From contig OY760142.1 of NCBI GenBank assembly GCA_963663225.1, positions 896,001 to 960,000 on the forward strand: a DNA stretch of 64,000 bases, given 5' to 3'. The DNA is from Nitrospirota bacterium (GTDB lineage: Bacteria > Nitrospirota > UBA9217). The notes beneath the pieces were generated by a model. It made no database searches. It saw only the letters and a program-made list of their open reading frames with translations, and was not told the origin of the DNA. A program made the position numbers and the translations under genes. Shown here piece after piece: positions 39,852 to 49,957 of the stretch (positions are counted from its first letter, which is position 1; each line of letters opens with the position of its first letter).

Positions 39852-42635
39852 TCAGGCCAAGTTTCCCGCGCACCTGTCGCAGATTTCAGCATGGTCTTTC
39901 ACGGTCCCGACCGTCTCGCTGTACATCCAGCACCGGCCGCATTTGGCGCCTTTCGCAGGCCGTGCAGATATTCTGAGCCCCGGCACCACGTCGCTCGCAT
40001 AGGCGTCCGAAGGCGCTTCCGACTCTCCGGCGATCTCCACGGCCGAGACGATGAAGATGAACGCGAGATCCTGTTTGTACTTTTCCAGAAATGCGAACAG
40101 TTCCGCTCCGGCGTACAGAGTCACCTGCGCATCGAGTGAATGCCCGATTGTCTTGTCTCTCCGCAGTCCTTCCAGCACCTTCGCCGTTTCGCCGCGCACC
40201 CCGAGAATCTTTTCCCAGCGGGCCTCAAGCGCGTCGTCAATAAACTTCTTTTCCACCTGAGGGAAAGATGCCAGAAACACGCTTTCAGCCTGCACTTCCT
40301 TTTTCATGTAGCCCCAGACCTCATCGGCGGTGAAGGAAAGAACCGGAGCCATAAGCCGCACCATTCCGGAAAGAATTCTATACATGGTCGTCTGCCCCGA
40401 GCGCCGCTCCCGGGACGAGGCCCTGGCGGTATAGAGACGGTCCTTCAGAATATCGAGGTAAAACGCACTCATATCCACCGCGCAAAAATTATGCAGTGAA
40501 TGGAACACCACATGAAACTCGAATTCATCATAGGCTTTTGTCACGCGCTGGACCAGCTTTTGAAGACGATGCAGCGCCCAGCAGTCTATTTCGAGCAGTT
40601 CATTGTCGGCGACCATGTCCTTGCCCGGATCAAAGTCGGACAGGTTTCCGAGAAGATATCTGCAGGTGTTCCTGATCCTGCGGTATGCCTCGGCAAGGTG
40701 CGCAAGGATCTCCTGCGATATTCTGATATCATCGCGGTAATCCGCAGCGGACACCCAGAGTCTGAGCACTTCCGCTCCGTATTTGTCGATCACTTCCTGC
40801 GGAGCCACCACGTTGCCTGAAGACTTGCTCATCTTTTTCCCGGACCCGTCAACGGTGAACCCGTGCGTAAGCACCGACCGGTAGGGGGCCTTTCCTGTTG
40901 TTCCCACGGCGGCAAGCATCGACGACTGGAACCAGCCCCGGTGCTGGTCGCTTCCTTCGAGGTACAGGTCGGCGGGCCATAAAAGTTCCGGGCGCTGCTT
41001 CAGGACGGCGGCCTGGCTGACACCGGAATCGAACCACACATCGAGAATGTCCATCTCTTTTTCAAATTCATGTTTCCCGCATTTTTTGCACGCCGTCCCT
41101 GCAGGAAGCAGCTCGGCGGCCGGTCTGGTAAACCAGACATCAGCGCCTTCCTTTTCCACACGATCTGCTATGTGGTCGATAATGGATTTCTCCAGCAGCA
41201 GTTCTCCACAGTCCTTGCAGGTGAACGCCGCAATGGAAACTCCCCAGGCCCGCTGCCGCGAAATGCACCAGTCAGGCCTGTTTTCCACCATTCCCAGAAA
41301 CCGGTCCTTTCCCCAAGACGGAATCCAGGCCACGGCGTGAACGTTCTCCACCGTCTTTTTGAGGAGATCATTCGTCTTCATGGAGATGAACCATTGCTCT
41401 GTTGCGCGGAAAATAACCGGATTTTTACAGCGCCAGCAATGCGGATAGGAGTGGGTTATTTTTTCTTCGGCCATGAGCACGCCGCGGCTCTTGAGCAGTT
41501 CGATGATCCCGGCATTCGCCTTTTGCACATACTGCCCTGCAAATTGACCGGCGTCTTTTGTGAAACGCCCCTTGTGGTCCACCGGTGCATAGATGTCAAG
41601 TCCGTATTTGAGGCCGACTTCGTAGTCTTCCTGGCCGTGCCCCGGGGCAGTATGCACTGCTCCGGTGCCCGCATCGAGCGTAACATGGTCTCCAAGAATC
41701 ACCAGGGAATCACGGTCCAGAAACGGATGCCGTGCCTTAAGGCCTTCAAGCTTCCTGCCCTTGAATTTCTCAAGCACGCTATATTCGGCGATGCCGAATT
41801 TTTCGAGCGCTTGTTTTACGAGTCCTTCCGCCAGGATCAGGACCTGACCTTTTGTTTCGACGGCGACATACTCGAATTCTGGATGAAGGGCAACCGCCAG
41901 ATTGGCCAGCAGCGTCCACGGTGTCGTGGTCCAGATCACGATGGACGTTTTTTTCCCCTGGAGTTTCGGGAGTGCCTTTCCCGCCTCCGGAAAATCGAAG
42001 CGAACAAACACCGACGGCGATTCATGGTCGGCGTATTCGACCTCCGCCTCGGCAAGCGCGGTCTCATCGTGGCCGCACCAGTACACCGGCTTCTTGCCTT
42101 TGTAGACGCCGCCGGTCCCGACGAACTTGCCCAGTTCGCGCACAATCGCGGCTTCATAGGGGTAGTTCATGGTCAGATACGGCCGGTCCCAGTCGCCCAG
42201 CACACCGAGCCGCCTGAATTCGTCCCGCTGGATCGAAATGAACTTGTCGGCATATTCACGGCACTGCTTGCGGATTTCCGCCTGGCTCATCGTGTCTTTT
42301 TTGGACCCCAGATTTTTGAGCACCTGGTGTTCTATGGGAAGACCGTGGCAGTCCCAGCCCGGGACATACGGCGACAGAAAACCCTGCATGGATTTGTATT
42401 TTACAATAATGTCCTTCAGGGTTTTGTTCAGGGCATGCCCGATATGAATATGTCCGTTCGCGTACGGCGGTCCGTCATGCAGGATATACGTCTTGTTGTC
42501 TTTGTTCCGCTCCTGGATTTTATGATAGATTTTCAGGTCCTGCCAGCGGGTGATTGCCCGCGGTTCCATGTCCTTCAGGTTCGCCTTCATGGGAAAATCC
42601 GTCTTTGGCAGGTTTAATGTCGATTTATAATCCAT
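39852..42635 (-). CDS. ileS: Isoleucine--tRNA ligase (type 1)
   Basis: LHDGPPYANG.IHIGH, GWDCHGLP, WTTTPWT, EGSDQHRGWF, KMSKS, C-terminal Zn finger (CGRCW...C..C). Confidence 0.98.
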   Translation of the reverse strand: MDYKSTLNLPKTDFPMKANLKDMEPRAITRWQDLKIYHKIQERNKDNKTYILHDGPPYANGHIHIGHALNKTLKDIIVKYKSMQGFLSPYVPGWDCHGLPIEHQVLKNLGSKKDTMSQAEIRKQCREYADKFISIQRDEFRRLGVLGDWDRPYLTMNYPYEAAIVRELGKFVGTGGVYKGKKPVYWCGHDETALAEAEVEYADHESPSVFVRFDFPEAGKALPKLQGKKTSIVIWTTTPWTLLANLAVALHPEFEYVAVETKGQVLILAEGLVKQALEKFGIAEYSVLEKFKGRKLEGLKARHPFLDRDSLVILGDHVTLDAGTGAVHTAPGHGQEDYEVGLKYGLDIYAPVDHKGRFTKDAGQFAGQYVQKANAGIIELLKSRGVLMAEEKITHSYPHCWRCKNPVIFRATEQWFISMKTNDLLKKTVENVHAVAWIPSWGKDRFLGMVENRPDWCISRQRAWGVSIAAFTCKDCGELLLEKSIIDHIADRVEKEGADVWFTRPAAELLPAGTACKKCGKHEFEKEMDILDVWFDSGVSQAAVLKQRPELLWPADLYLEGSDQHRGWFQSSMLAAVGTTGKAPYRSVLTHGFTVDGSGKKMSKSSGNVVAPQEVIDKYGAEVLRLWVSAADYRDDIRISQEILAHLAEAYRRIRNTCRYLLGNLSDFDPGKDMVADNELLEIDCWALHRLQKLVQRVTKAYDEFEFHVVFHSLHNFCAVDMSAFYLDILKDRLYTARASSRERRSGQTTMYRILSGMVRLMAPVLSFTADEVWGYMKKEVQAESVFLASFPQVEKKFIDDALEARWEKILGVRGETAKVLEGLRRDKTIGHSLDAQVTLYAGAELFAFLEKYKQDLAFIFIVSAVEIAGESEAPSDAYASDVVPGLRISARPAKGAKCGRCWMYSETVGTVKDHAEICDRCAGNLA

Positions 42636-42688
42636 CCCGGTTGCATCCACCTTTCCGCAATCCGCAATCGCGGTTGTATTTCATTGTT

Positions 42689-45184
42689 CTAGTCTTCTAT
42701 TTCATCCAGATCGATTTTTTTCTTCGGCGCCGCTCCGCCATCACCCTGGTCAACATCGTAAAAGCCGGTCTTCTTTTTCACCACATCGGCATACTGCGTC
42801 GGCTCCGAACCTCTGCGGAACACCTCGGTAATGGCGTCCGCCTCCCCGTCCCGCGCCAGGAGGCCGGATTCCGGATCGATCTTCCGGTAGACGACATCAT
42901 CCGTTGCCGGAAAATCCTGGGCGGGCTTGTCCGCAAGCGCCCGCGACATGACGGTGATCCAGATCGGCAGCGCTGCACGCGCTCCGGTTTCCCGGTCGCC
43001 GAGCGATGCTTTCGGGTTGTCGTAGCCGACCCAAACTCCCGTTACAATGCCAGGCGTATATCCCACAAACCACGCGTCCACGAAGTTGTTGGTCGTCCCG
43101 GTCTTTCCGGCGACCGGCTTATGAAGGACCCGCGCGCCTCTTCCCGTGCCCTCTTCGACCACGCTCTTCAGGAGGCTCGAGACCAGAAACGCCGTAGTCC
43201 TGTTGACGGCTTCCACAGGCTGCGGCGCAAAACTTTCAAGCACCGCGCCATTGCCATCGACAACACTCGTGATCACCAGAGGCTCCGCGTGAATCCCCTG
43301 GGCCGCGAAGGTTGCGTACGCGGCCGTGAGTTCGATGGGCGTCACAACGGACGATCCCAGGGCGGTGGTGTAGTCGTAGCTGATGGCGCTGTTGATCCCC
43401 GCCTTGCGCGCGAAGGCGATTGCATTGTTCAGCCCCACCTTTTCGAGAAGGCCTACGGTTACCGCGTTCCGTGAAAGGGCAAGCGCCGTTCTAAGGCGCA
43501 TGGGGCCGAGGAAGCGTTCGTCGTAATTCGTCGGCTTCCATTGTTTTTTGTTAAACTCGCCTTTTTCGTAAATCACCGGCAGATCCATAAGAATGGAGGC
43601 CGGCGTAAAGCCATTTTCAAGCGCCGCGCCGTAAATAAACGGCTTGAACGACGACCCCGGCTGGCGTTTGGCGTCGGTGGCGTGATTAAAGCCTCCCTCC
43701 ATAAAATCATATCCGCCGACCATGGCGCGCACGTAGCCGGTGCCCGGCTCAATAGACACGACTGCGCCTTCTACGAGCGGGCGCTGGTCAAGCGTAAAGG
43801 AAGCAAGTTGTTTTTTCTTGTCGAAATCCTTGAGCCGGACCCTGATAATATCCCCCGGCTGGAGCAATTCAGTCAGTTTCTTGTATTCGTTGGGGTCGTC
43901 CTTTTTCTTTTTTCGTTTCTGAAGGGCCCACATCGTGTCTTCTTTCGAAATATTCCCGATCATGCCCCGGCCCTTGACCGTTATGGATGAATCCGTCACG
44001 GAAAGCACCTGGGCAAGGAACCCTTCCCCGGGCTTCACCATCACGTTAAGCGCTCCCCACTGGCTCTGCTTCGATTTGAGTTTCTTGAATCCCACCCTCC
44101 CCCGGAACCCCTGGCGCTTGTCGAGCGCGCGAAGCCCGTCCCGAAGTGCGTTCACCGCGGTCCGCTGCAGGTCGATGTCGATGGTCGTATATACTTTCAG
44201 GCCGCCAAGGTACAGTTTATCCGGGCCGTATTTTTTTTCAATATATCTCCGGATCGAATCCACAACATGCGGCGCAACTTCTTCCTGGGGGCGCAGATTT
44301 TCAAGATTAAGCGGCTGGTTGTAGATCTTCGTGCTCTGGTCCTCGGTAATGTAGCCTTCCGCCACCATCCGTTTGAGCACGTGCGCCTGCCGAAGCTTGG
44401 TCAGATCAATATCGCTGTACGGAGAATAGGACATCGGAGACTTGGGAAGTCCGGCGAGAAGTGCGGCTTCACCGTGGTTTATTTCCCAGATGTTCTTGCC
44501 GAAATACGTCTTTGCCGCCATCTGCACACCGTACGCGCCGTGTCCGAAATATATCTTGTTCAGGTATAGTTCGAGGATTTCTTCCTTGGTCAGTTCCTTC
44601 TCAAGCCTGCGCGCCAGGATGATTTCCTTGATTTTGCGCGTGATCTTCCGTTCGGGAGACAGGAACACAACCTTGGTGAGCTGCTGCGTGATGGTGCTTC
44701 CTCCCTGGGTCACCTTTACCGCGATAATGTTTCTTATCGCCGCCCGCAGGATGCCGCGGTAGTCAATGCCCTTGTGTTCGAAAAAGCGGGGGTCTTCCGT
44801 GGCGAGGAGCGCGTTGATCAGAAATTTCGGCACACGCGTCAAGGGAACATAATTGCCTTTTTCAATCCTGATCTGGCCGAGCACCCTGCCGTCCTGCGCG
44901 TAGATAATCGTTCCCGTGCTCGGTTTGTAGTCTTTGAGGGACTCAACCGTGGGGAGTCCGAAGGAAAGAACAAAAAACATCAGAACAAGGACAAGCACTC
45001 CGCAGAGGAAACCGATCCCCAAAAGCTTCAGAGCTTTTTTTGGAGTAAGTCCTTTGATCCAGGGTACGGCAATATTAAACCAGAAGACCTTGAACAGCTC
45101 CCACAGAAACAGAACCGCGTTCGTAAGAGCCTCTATGGTTTTCTCCAGCCATTTTATCTTTGGTTTTTCCGGTTGTTTCTTCAT
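42689..45184 (-). CDS. mrcA: Penicillin-binding protein 1A (class A)
   Basis: TM anchor; EDPRFFEH, GGSTITQQL, RKIKE, YLNKIY; OB insert; QPGSSFKP, SRN, GKTGT. Confidence 0.93.
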   Translation of the reverse strand: MKKQPEKPKIKWLEKTIEALTNAVLFLWELFKVFWFNIAVPWIKGLTPKKALKLLGIGFLCGVLVLVLMFFVLSFGLPTVESLKDYKPSTGTIIYAQDGRVLGQIRIEKGNYVPLTRVPKFLINALLATEDPRFFEHKGIDYRGILRAAIRNIIAVKVTQGGSTITQQLTKVVFLSPERKITRKIKEIILARRLEKELTKEEILELYLNKIYFGHGAYGVQMAAKTYFGKNIWEINHGEAALLAGLPKSPMSYSPYSDIDLTKLRQAHVLKRMVAEGYITEDQSTKIYNQPLNLENLRPQEEVAPHVVDSIRRYIEKKYGPDKLYLGGLKVYTTIDIDLQRTAVNALRDGLRALDKRQGFRGRVGFKKLKSKQSQWGALNVMVKPGEGFLAQVLSVTDSSITVKGRGMIGNISKEDTMWALQKRKKKKDDPNEYKKLTELLQPGDIIRVRLKDFDKKKQLASFTLDQRPLVEGAVVSIEPGTGYVRAMVGGYDFMEGGFNHATDAKRQPGSSFKPFIYGAALENGFTPASILMDLPVIYEKGEFNKKQWKPTNYDERFLGPMRLRTALALSRNAVTVGLLEKVGLNNAIAFARKAGINSAISYDYTTALGSSVVTPIELTAAYATFAAQGIHAEPLVITSVVDGNGAVLESFAPQPVEAVNRTTAFLVSSLLKSVVEEGTGRGARVLHKPVAGKTGTTNNFVDAWFVGYTPGIVTGVWVGYDNPKASLGDRETGARAALPIWITVMSRALADKPAQDFPATDDVVYRKIDPESGLLARDGEADAITEVFRRGSEPTQYADVVKKKTGFYDVDQGDGGAAPKKKIDLDEIED

Positions 45185-45412
45185 CGCAATATTGATAACC
45201 TCGTGTTTTTCCGATCATTTTAAACAATAACGAAAATAATAACATCATGAGGGGATAAAATCAAACGAAAAGTTTTTATCTGCTTATACTGCCGGCAAAA
45301 TGCGTTTTAATTGAAGAGGTTTTGCGGCCGCAAAAGTGGCATTGCTGTTTTTGATATCATCAAGGAGGGTAATTACAGAAACTGTTGTTGCGCGTTTTAA
45401 AAAAACAGTATC

Positions 45413-46024
45413 TTAGATTTTTCTCACCACGCCCACGGCCTTTCCCACGATCCGGAAATCACCCCGGTCAAAATACAGCGGCTTCATGGTGTTGTTCTCC
45501 GGCTGCAGCCGGACCTTGTCGTCCTCCAGAAAAAACCGCTTGACCGTTGCTTCGCCATCCGCAAGGGCAACCACGATGTCACCGTTCTGGGCCGTGGTCT
45601 GCATCCGGACAATCAGGGTGTCTCCATCCATAATATGCGCGTTTACCATGCTTTCGCCGCGCACCTTAAGCGCGAAAAGATCATGCGCGTTCCGCAGGGA
45701 AAAATGCGCCGGGTCCACCGTGATTTCTCCTTCACGGTTTTCAGGGGCAAGCACCGGCGTTCCGGCGGCCACCCTTCCGAGAACCGGGATCGTTGCCGGC
45801 ATCCGTTCGCCGGAATGGAGCGCGATGCCGCGCGATTTTCCGCGTTCCCGTACAATCATTCCGCTTCGTTCAAGGGCCGCCAGGTGCCCTTCCACACCGT
45901 TTGTTGAACGAATGCCGAACTTCTCGCCGATTTCCCGCATGCTGGGAGGTCTTCCCTTCATTGCCAGGGAAGACCGGATGAATTCGTAAATCTCCAGCTG
46001 GCGTTCGCTAATTTTATTTCTCAT
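45413..46024 (-). CDS. lexA: LexA repressor
   Basis: wHTH PPSMREIG..STNGV..HL; Ala-Gly cleavage site (VAAG); catalytic Ser (GESM) and Lys (TVKR). Confidence 0.96.
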   Translation of the reverse strand: MRNKISERQLEIYEFIRSSLAMKGRPPSMREIGEKFGIRSTNGVEGHLAALERSGMIVRERGKSRGIALHSGERMPATIPVLGRVAAGTPVLAPENREGEITVDPAHFSLRNAHDLFALKVRGESMVNAHIMDGDTLIVRMQTTAQNGDIVVALADGEATVKRFFLEDDKVRLQPENNTMKPLYFDRGDFRIVGKAVGVVRKI

Positions 46025-46042
46025 GGTTACTCCTCTTATTTA

Positions 46043-47260
46043 TTAATATTGCCGGTCTCCCGCAGGCCGCCATGCCGGAGAGATGATTCGTTCATGCCGG
46101 TATCTGCTGGCAAGCGTCCCCCAGGTGACCGTAAAATCGCCGTGCTGATCATTAATTTCATCCATTGCTTCAGCGAGAAACGTGCGCCTTCGTTCCTCTT
46201 CAAAAAGCGGCACCTGCGCCGCGTACCGGTCAAGCCCGGAAACGCTCACGCCCACAAGCCTTACTGCCTGTTCAATGCGAATCTCTCGCAGGAGGGTGGC
46301 TGCCGCTGCATAAATATCGAGGCCATGATTGATGGTATGGTGCAGCCGCTTCTGCTTCGAGAACGTATGAAAATCCGCGTACCGGAGCGTAAGACTTACC
46401 GTGCTCCCCCTGTAGCAGCCCCGCCGAAGCCGCCGTCCCACTTTTTCCGAAAGCTGAAGCATATGGCGTTCGATCATGGAGATGTCCGAGCAGTCTTCAT
46501 CGAGCGTCATGCTGTGGCCCATGGACTTGCTCTCTTCCTTGTCCTGCAACTCCGGCGATATCACCGGATCGTCATCGATACCCAGCCCCATGTCGTGAAG
46601 CCGTTCGCCCACGATACCGAACCGGGCAGTGAGCTGCCGGAGCGGTGCGCGGCCGAGTTCGCCGCAGGTCCGGATCCCCATCGCGGCCAGCGCCAGCCTC
46701 ATGTGCGGTCCGATACCGCAAAGTTCCTTCACCGGGAGGTTTTCGAGCACATCAGCCACGTCCTCCGGGGTAATGAGAACCAGACCATCCGGTTTTTGCA
46801 TATCGCTTCCCAGCTTGGCTAAAAGCTTGTTCGGCCCGATGCCGATGGAGCAGGTGAGACGGGCCTCGTTCCAGACCCGCTCTTTTATCTGGAGGGCAAT
46901 CCGGACAGGATCACCGAACAACGCATCGCATCCGGTCACGTCGAGAAAGGCTTCGTCTATGGAAAATACTTCCACCAGCGGGGAAAAGTCCTTCCATATA
47001 GAGAGCAGTCCTTCGCAGGCATGCGAATACTTTGCCGAATCCGCCGGCACCAGCATGATGTGCGGGCAGGCCTGCGTTGCTTCACCATAGGTCATTCCCG
47101 TTTTCACCCCGAACGCCCGTGCTTCGTATGACGGCGAAAGAATCACTCCGCGGTGTTTGGACCCGATCACGGCCATCGGTTTTCCCCGGAGCGCGGGATT
47201 GGCCCGCTGCTCCACGGAAGCAAAAAAAGCGTTCATGTCAATATGCAGAACTGTTCTCAT
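46043..47260 (-). CDS. dinB: Y-family DNA polymerase IV
   Basis: HIDMNAFFASVE, SYEAR, SIDEAFLD, little-finger domain, beta-clamp-like motif QVPLF. Confidence 0.94.
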   Translation of the reverse strand: MRTVLHIDMNAFFASVEQRANPALRGKPMAVIGSKHRGVILSPSYEARAFGVKTGMTYGEATQACPHIMLVPADSAKYSHACEGLLSIWKDFSPLVEVFSIDEAFLDVTGCDALFGDPVRIALQIKERVWNEARLTCSIGIGPNKLLAKLGSDMQKPDGLVLITPEDVADVLENLPVKELCGIGPHMRLALAAMGIRTCGELGRAPLRQLTARFGIVGERLHDMGLGIDDDPVISPELQDKEESKSMGHSMTLDEDCSDISMIERHMLQLSEKVGRRLRRGCYRGSTVSLTLRYADFHTFSKQKRLHHTINHGLDIYAAAATLLREIRIEQAVRLVGVSVSGLDRYAAQVPLFEEERRRTFLAEAMDEINDQHGDFTVTWGTLASRYRHERIISPAWRPAGDRQY

Positions 47261-47286
47261 GAGTTTGACCGCAAAAAATTCCCCGA

Positions 47287-47526
47287 TTATTCGGCGCTAT
47301 TTATTCTCCAGGTAAATCTTTCAGTGTTGTAAACGATTTCGTACAGCCCCTGTCCATCCGCGACCGAAAAGTGAATAAGAGAAGTATTTCCCGCTTTCGT
47401 TTTCCAGGTAAGGGCGACTTCGCGAATCCGGATGGTTCGTCCATTCCAGGTAAACCAGGCAGGCTTTACTCCACCGCGCGAAAAAACAGCCCCTACGACT
47501 ATGGGCTCATCAATCTCAACCATCAT
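47287..47526 (-). CDS. Small beta-rich hypothetical protein (79 aa), first gene of the dinB-lexA operon
   Basis: MMVEIDEPIVVGAVF...PAWFTWNGR...W...HFSV...YEIVY...W. ATG at 47526 lies 7 nt after the -10 box. Confidence 0.75.
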   Translation of the reverse strand: MMVEIDEPIVVGAVFSRGGVKPAWFTWNGRTIRIREVALTWKTKAGNTSLIHFSVADGQGLYEIVYNTERFTWRINSAE

Positions 47527-47533
47527 ACAACAC

Positions 47534-47562
47534 AGTATAGTGAACATTTGTTCACTTGTCAA
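47534..47562 (-). promoter_or_regulatory. Consensus sigma70 promoter with SOS-box-like palindrome in its spacer
   Basis: Minus strand TTGACA (47562-47557)-17 bp-TATACT (47539-47534). AGTGAACA-TT-TGTTCACT (47539-47556) contains GAAC-N4-GTTC. Confidence 0.85.
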
Positions 47563-47712
47563 GAAATACATTGCTTCTAAACGACAGCGCTATCTGCAGG
47601 GTATTAGGCTCCAAAACAGGAAAAACCGGTCTTTCTCAAAAATTACGAGGGCTTTTCCTTTCAAGACCGTGTATAATCAGTCGAAATTTAATCGTGGTTC
47701 ACGTGTTCTTTC

Positions 47713-48843
47713 ATGACCAAAACAAGAATTCTCATAACCTGCGCCAAAGGCATTCCGGTGTTTTTGAAGCAGGAAATCCTCGCTCTGGGATTTCCCGTAT
47801 TGTCGGAAAATATCGCCGGGGTCGAAACAGAAGGCTCGCTGAACGAAAGCATGCGCCTCAATCTTCTCATCCGCACGGGGCACCGCGTGCTTTTGCTGCT
47901 TCAGCAGTTCAGGGCGGCGACCGCGGATGAGCTGTATCGCGCCCTGAACGCATTCCCCTGGGAACAGTATATTCCTGAAGACGGATACCTCTGCGTCACA
48001 TCGAGCGTTGATAACGCAACAATCAGAGACTCCCGGTTTGCCAGTTTGAAATGCAAGGACGCTATTGTCGACCGCATCAAGACAACATGCGGCAGGCGTC
48101 CGGACTCAGGCCCGGAGCGCGGGCGTTCCGTGGTGCATCTGCACTGGAAAGACGAACAATGCTCGGTATATTTCGATACGTCCGGAGAGCCTCTTTCACG
48201 GCGCGGCTATCGCAAGATCCCACTCGAAGCACCCATGCAGGAGACTCTTGCAGCGGCTGTTGTGCTCGCGACCGGCTGGAACGGCGCGGGAGCATTCATC
48301 AACCCCATGTGCGGCAGCGGGACCCTTGCCATCGAGGCCGCTCTTCTTGCCCTGAACAGGGCGCCCGGCCTCCTGCGGACCAATTTCGGCTTTATGCACT
48401 GTAAAAAATTCGACGCTGCCTTCTGGGATCAATTACGCAATGCCATAAAGAAAGACGCACGAAAAACCTTTACCGGAAAAATTATCGCCACAGACCTCAA
48501 CCCTGCCGCAGTTGAAGCTGCCCGCAAAAATGCTGCAACTGCCGGCGTCGAGCATCTCATTGATTTCAGTGTATGTCCATTCGAAAAAACGCCGGTCCCC
48601 GGCGGCAAAGGTATCGTGGTAATGAATCCGGAATACGGCAAGCGCATGGGCGAAGGCGGTGTCCTAGAACTGACCTATAAAGGAATCGGTGATTATTTTA
48701 AGCGGAAATGCACGGGATACAAAGGTTATGTTTTCACCGGCAATCCGCGGCTTGCCAAAAGAGTAAGCCTGAAACCGAACCAAAGCTGGCAGTTTTTCAA
48801 CAGCAACATCGAGTGCAGATTGCTCGAATATGACCTGTATTGA
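47713..48843 (+). CDS. THUMP-domain SAM-dependent RNA methyltransferase (RlmL/YpsC-like)
   Basis: DTSGEPLSRRGYR..EAPMQETLAA, NPMCGSGT, MNPEYG. Confidence 0.9.
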   Translation: MTKTRILITCAKGIPVFLKQEILALGFPVLSENIAGVETEGSLNESMRLNLLIRTGHRVLLLLQQFRAATADELYRALNAFPWEQYIPEDGYLCVTSSVDNATIRDSRFASLKCKDAIVDRIKTTCGRRPDSGPERGRSVVHLHWKDEQCSVYFDTSGEPLSRRGYRKIPLEAPMQETLAAAVVLATGWNGAGAFINPMCGSGTLAIEAALLALNRAPGLLRTNFGFMHCKKFDAAFWDQLRNAIKKDARKTFTGKIIATDLNPAAVEAARKNAATAGVEHLIDFSVCPFEKTPVPGGKGIVVMNPEYGKRMGEGGVLELTYKGIGDYFKRKCTGYKGYVFTGNPRLAKRVSLKPNQSWQFFNSNIECRLLEYDLY

Positions 48844-49199
48844 TCAGCCGCCGGATGCGCTTGGCGCATCTCCTCTCCACCCGCCATTACTGATTTTCAA
48901 TTCAACGTAATCCCCGGAACGGCCCCGCTATTTTTTTACCCATCCTGCCCGATCGGCAATATTTGTACTATACTTGAGAGAACACACCCACGATTATGGA
49001 GCACGGACGCGTTTGTCAGCACAAGCACAATTACATCTTGACTTTTAGCATGCCTACGTGCATTATTGCTTAATTAAGAAACAATATGATCATAGCTCCA
49101 TAGCATACCTCTGACGGCAAAGCAAGAAAGAACCGGCAGCAGTAAAATTCCTCCCTGTTAACGCACCACACTCTGCACCATCTAAAATAAGGAGACCGC

Positions 49200-49889
49200 A
49201 TGAACAGTAAAAAGATCTGGATTGTTGCAGTCATCCTCATCCTGGGCGCTCTTTTTTTCTATTTCGATCTGGGCAAATATCTTACTCTAGCATCGCTCAA
49301 AGAAAACCGGCAGGCTCTGCTGGAGTTTTATGAACACCATCAGACCTCCATGGTCGCAATATTTATCGCGGTTTATGTTCTGCAAACCGCCCTCTCTCTT
49401 CCCGGCGCAGCTGTTCTCTCCCTCGCAGCCGGAGCCATTTTCGGCGCTGTTATGGGAACAATATATACCAATATTGCAGCTACAACGGGGGCGACCTTGG
49501 CTTTTCTGGTTTCCCGCTATCTGTTTCGCGATGTCATTCTCAATAAATTCGGACCGCGCCTCGAAAAAATGAACACGGAACTTGAAGCGCGGGGACTCAA
49601 CTATCTCCTCTTCCTGCGCCTGGTTCCGCTCTTTCCCTTTTTCCTCATTAACCTGGGTGCAGGTTTAACGAAACTGCCCCTGCGGACCTTCTTTTTTGGA
49701 ACTCTGATCGGCATTATTCCGGGCAGCTTTGTATTCTGCAATGCAGGGGCAAGCCTCGCAACAATCACCAGCATGAGCGAGATTGCCTCTCCCCGTGTGC
49801 TCGGCTCTTTTGCCCTGCTCGGTCTGTTTGCGCTCATACCGGCGCTTTATCAGAAGTTCAAATCGAAACAACCACAGAACGAACGCTGA
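49200..49889 (+). CDS. TVP38/TMEM64 (DedA/VTT) family membrane protein
   Basis: LSLPGAAVLSL, GATLAFLVSRY, FLRLVPLFPFFLIN, GIIPG; AAGGAG RBS. Confidence 0.92.
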   Translation: MNSKKIWIVAVILILGALFFYFDLGKYLTLASLKENRQALLEFYEHHQTSMVAIFIAVYVLQTALSLPGAAVLSLAAGAIFGAVMGTIYTNIAATTGATLAFLVSRYLFRDVILNKFGPRLEKMNTELEARGLNYLLFLRLVPLFPFFLINLGAGLTKLPLRTFFFGTLIGIIPGSFVFCNAGASLATITSMSEIASPRVLGSFALLGLFALIPALYQKFKSKQPQNER

Positions 49890-49957
49890 ATAACGGAAGC
49901 ATCTGCCGACTTCCTGTCCGGCTGGTAAAATACCGTACTCAAAAGGAATCACGCACT

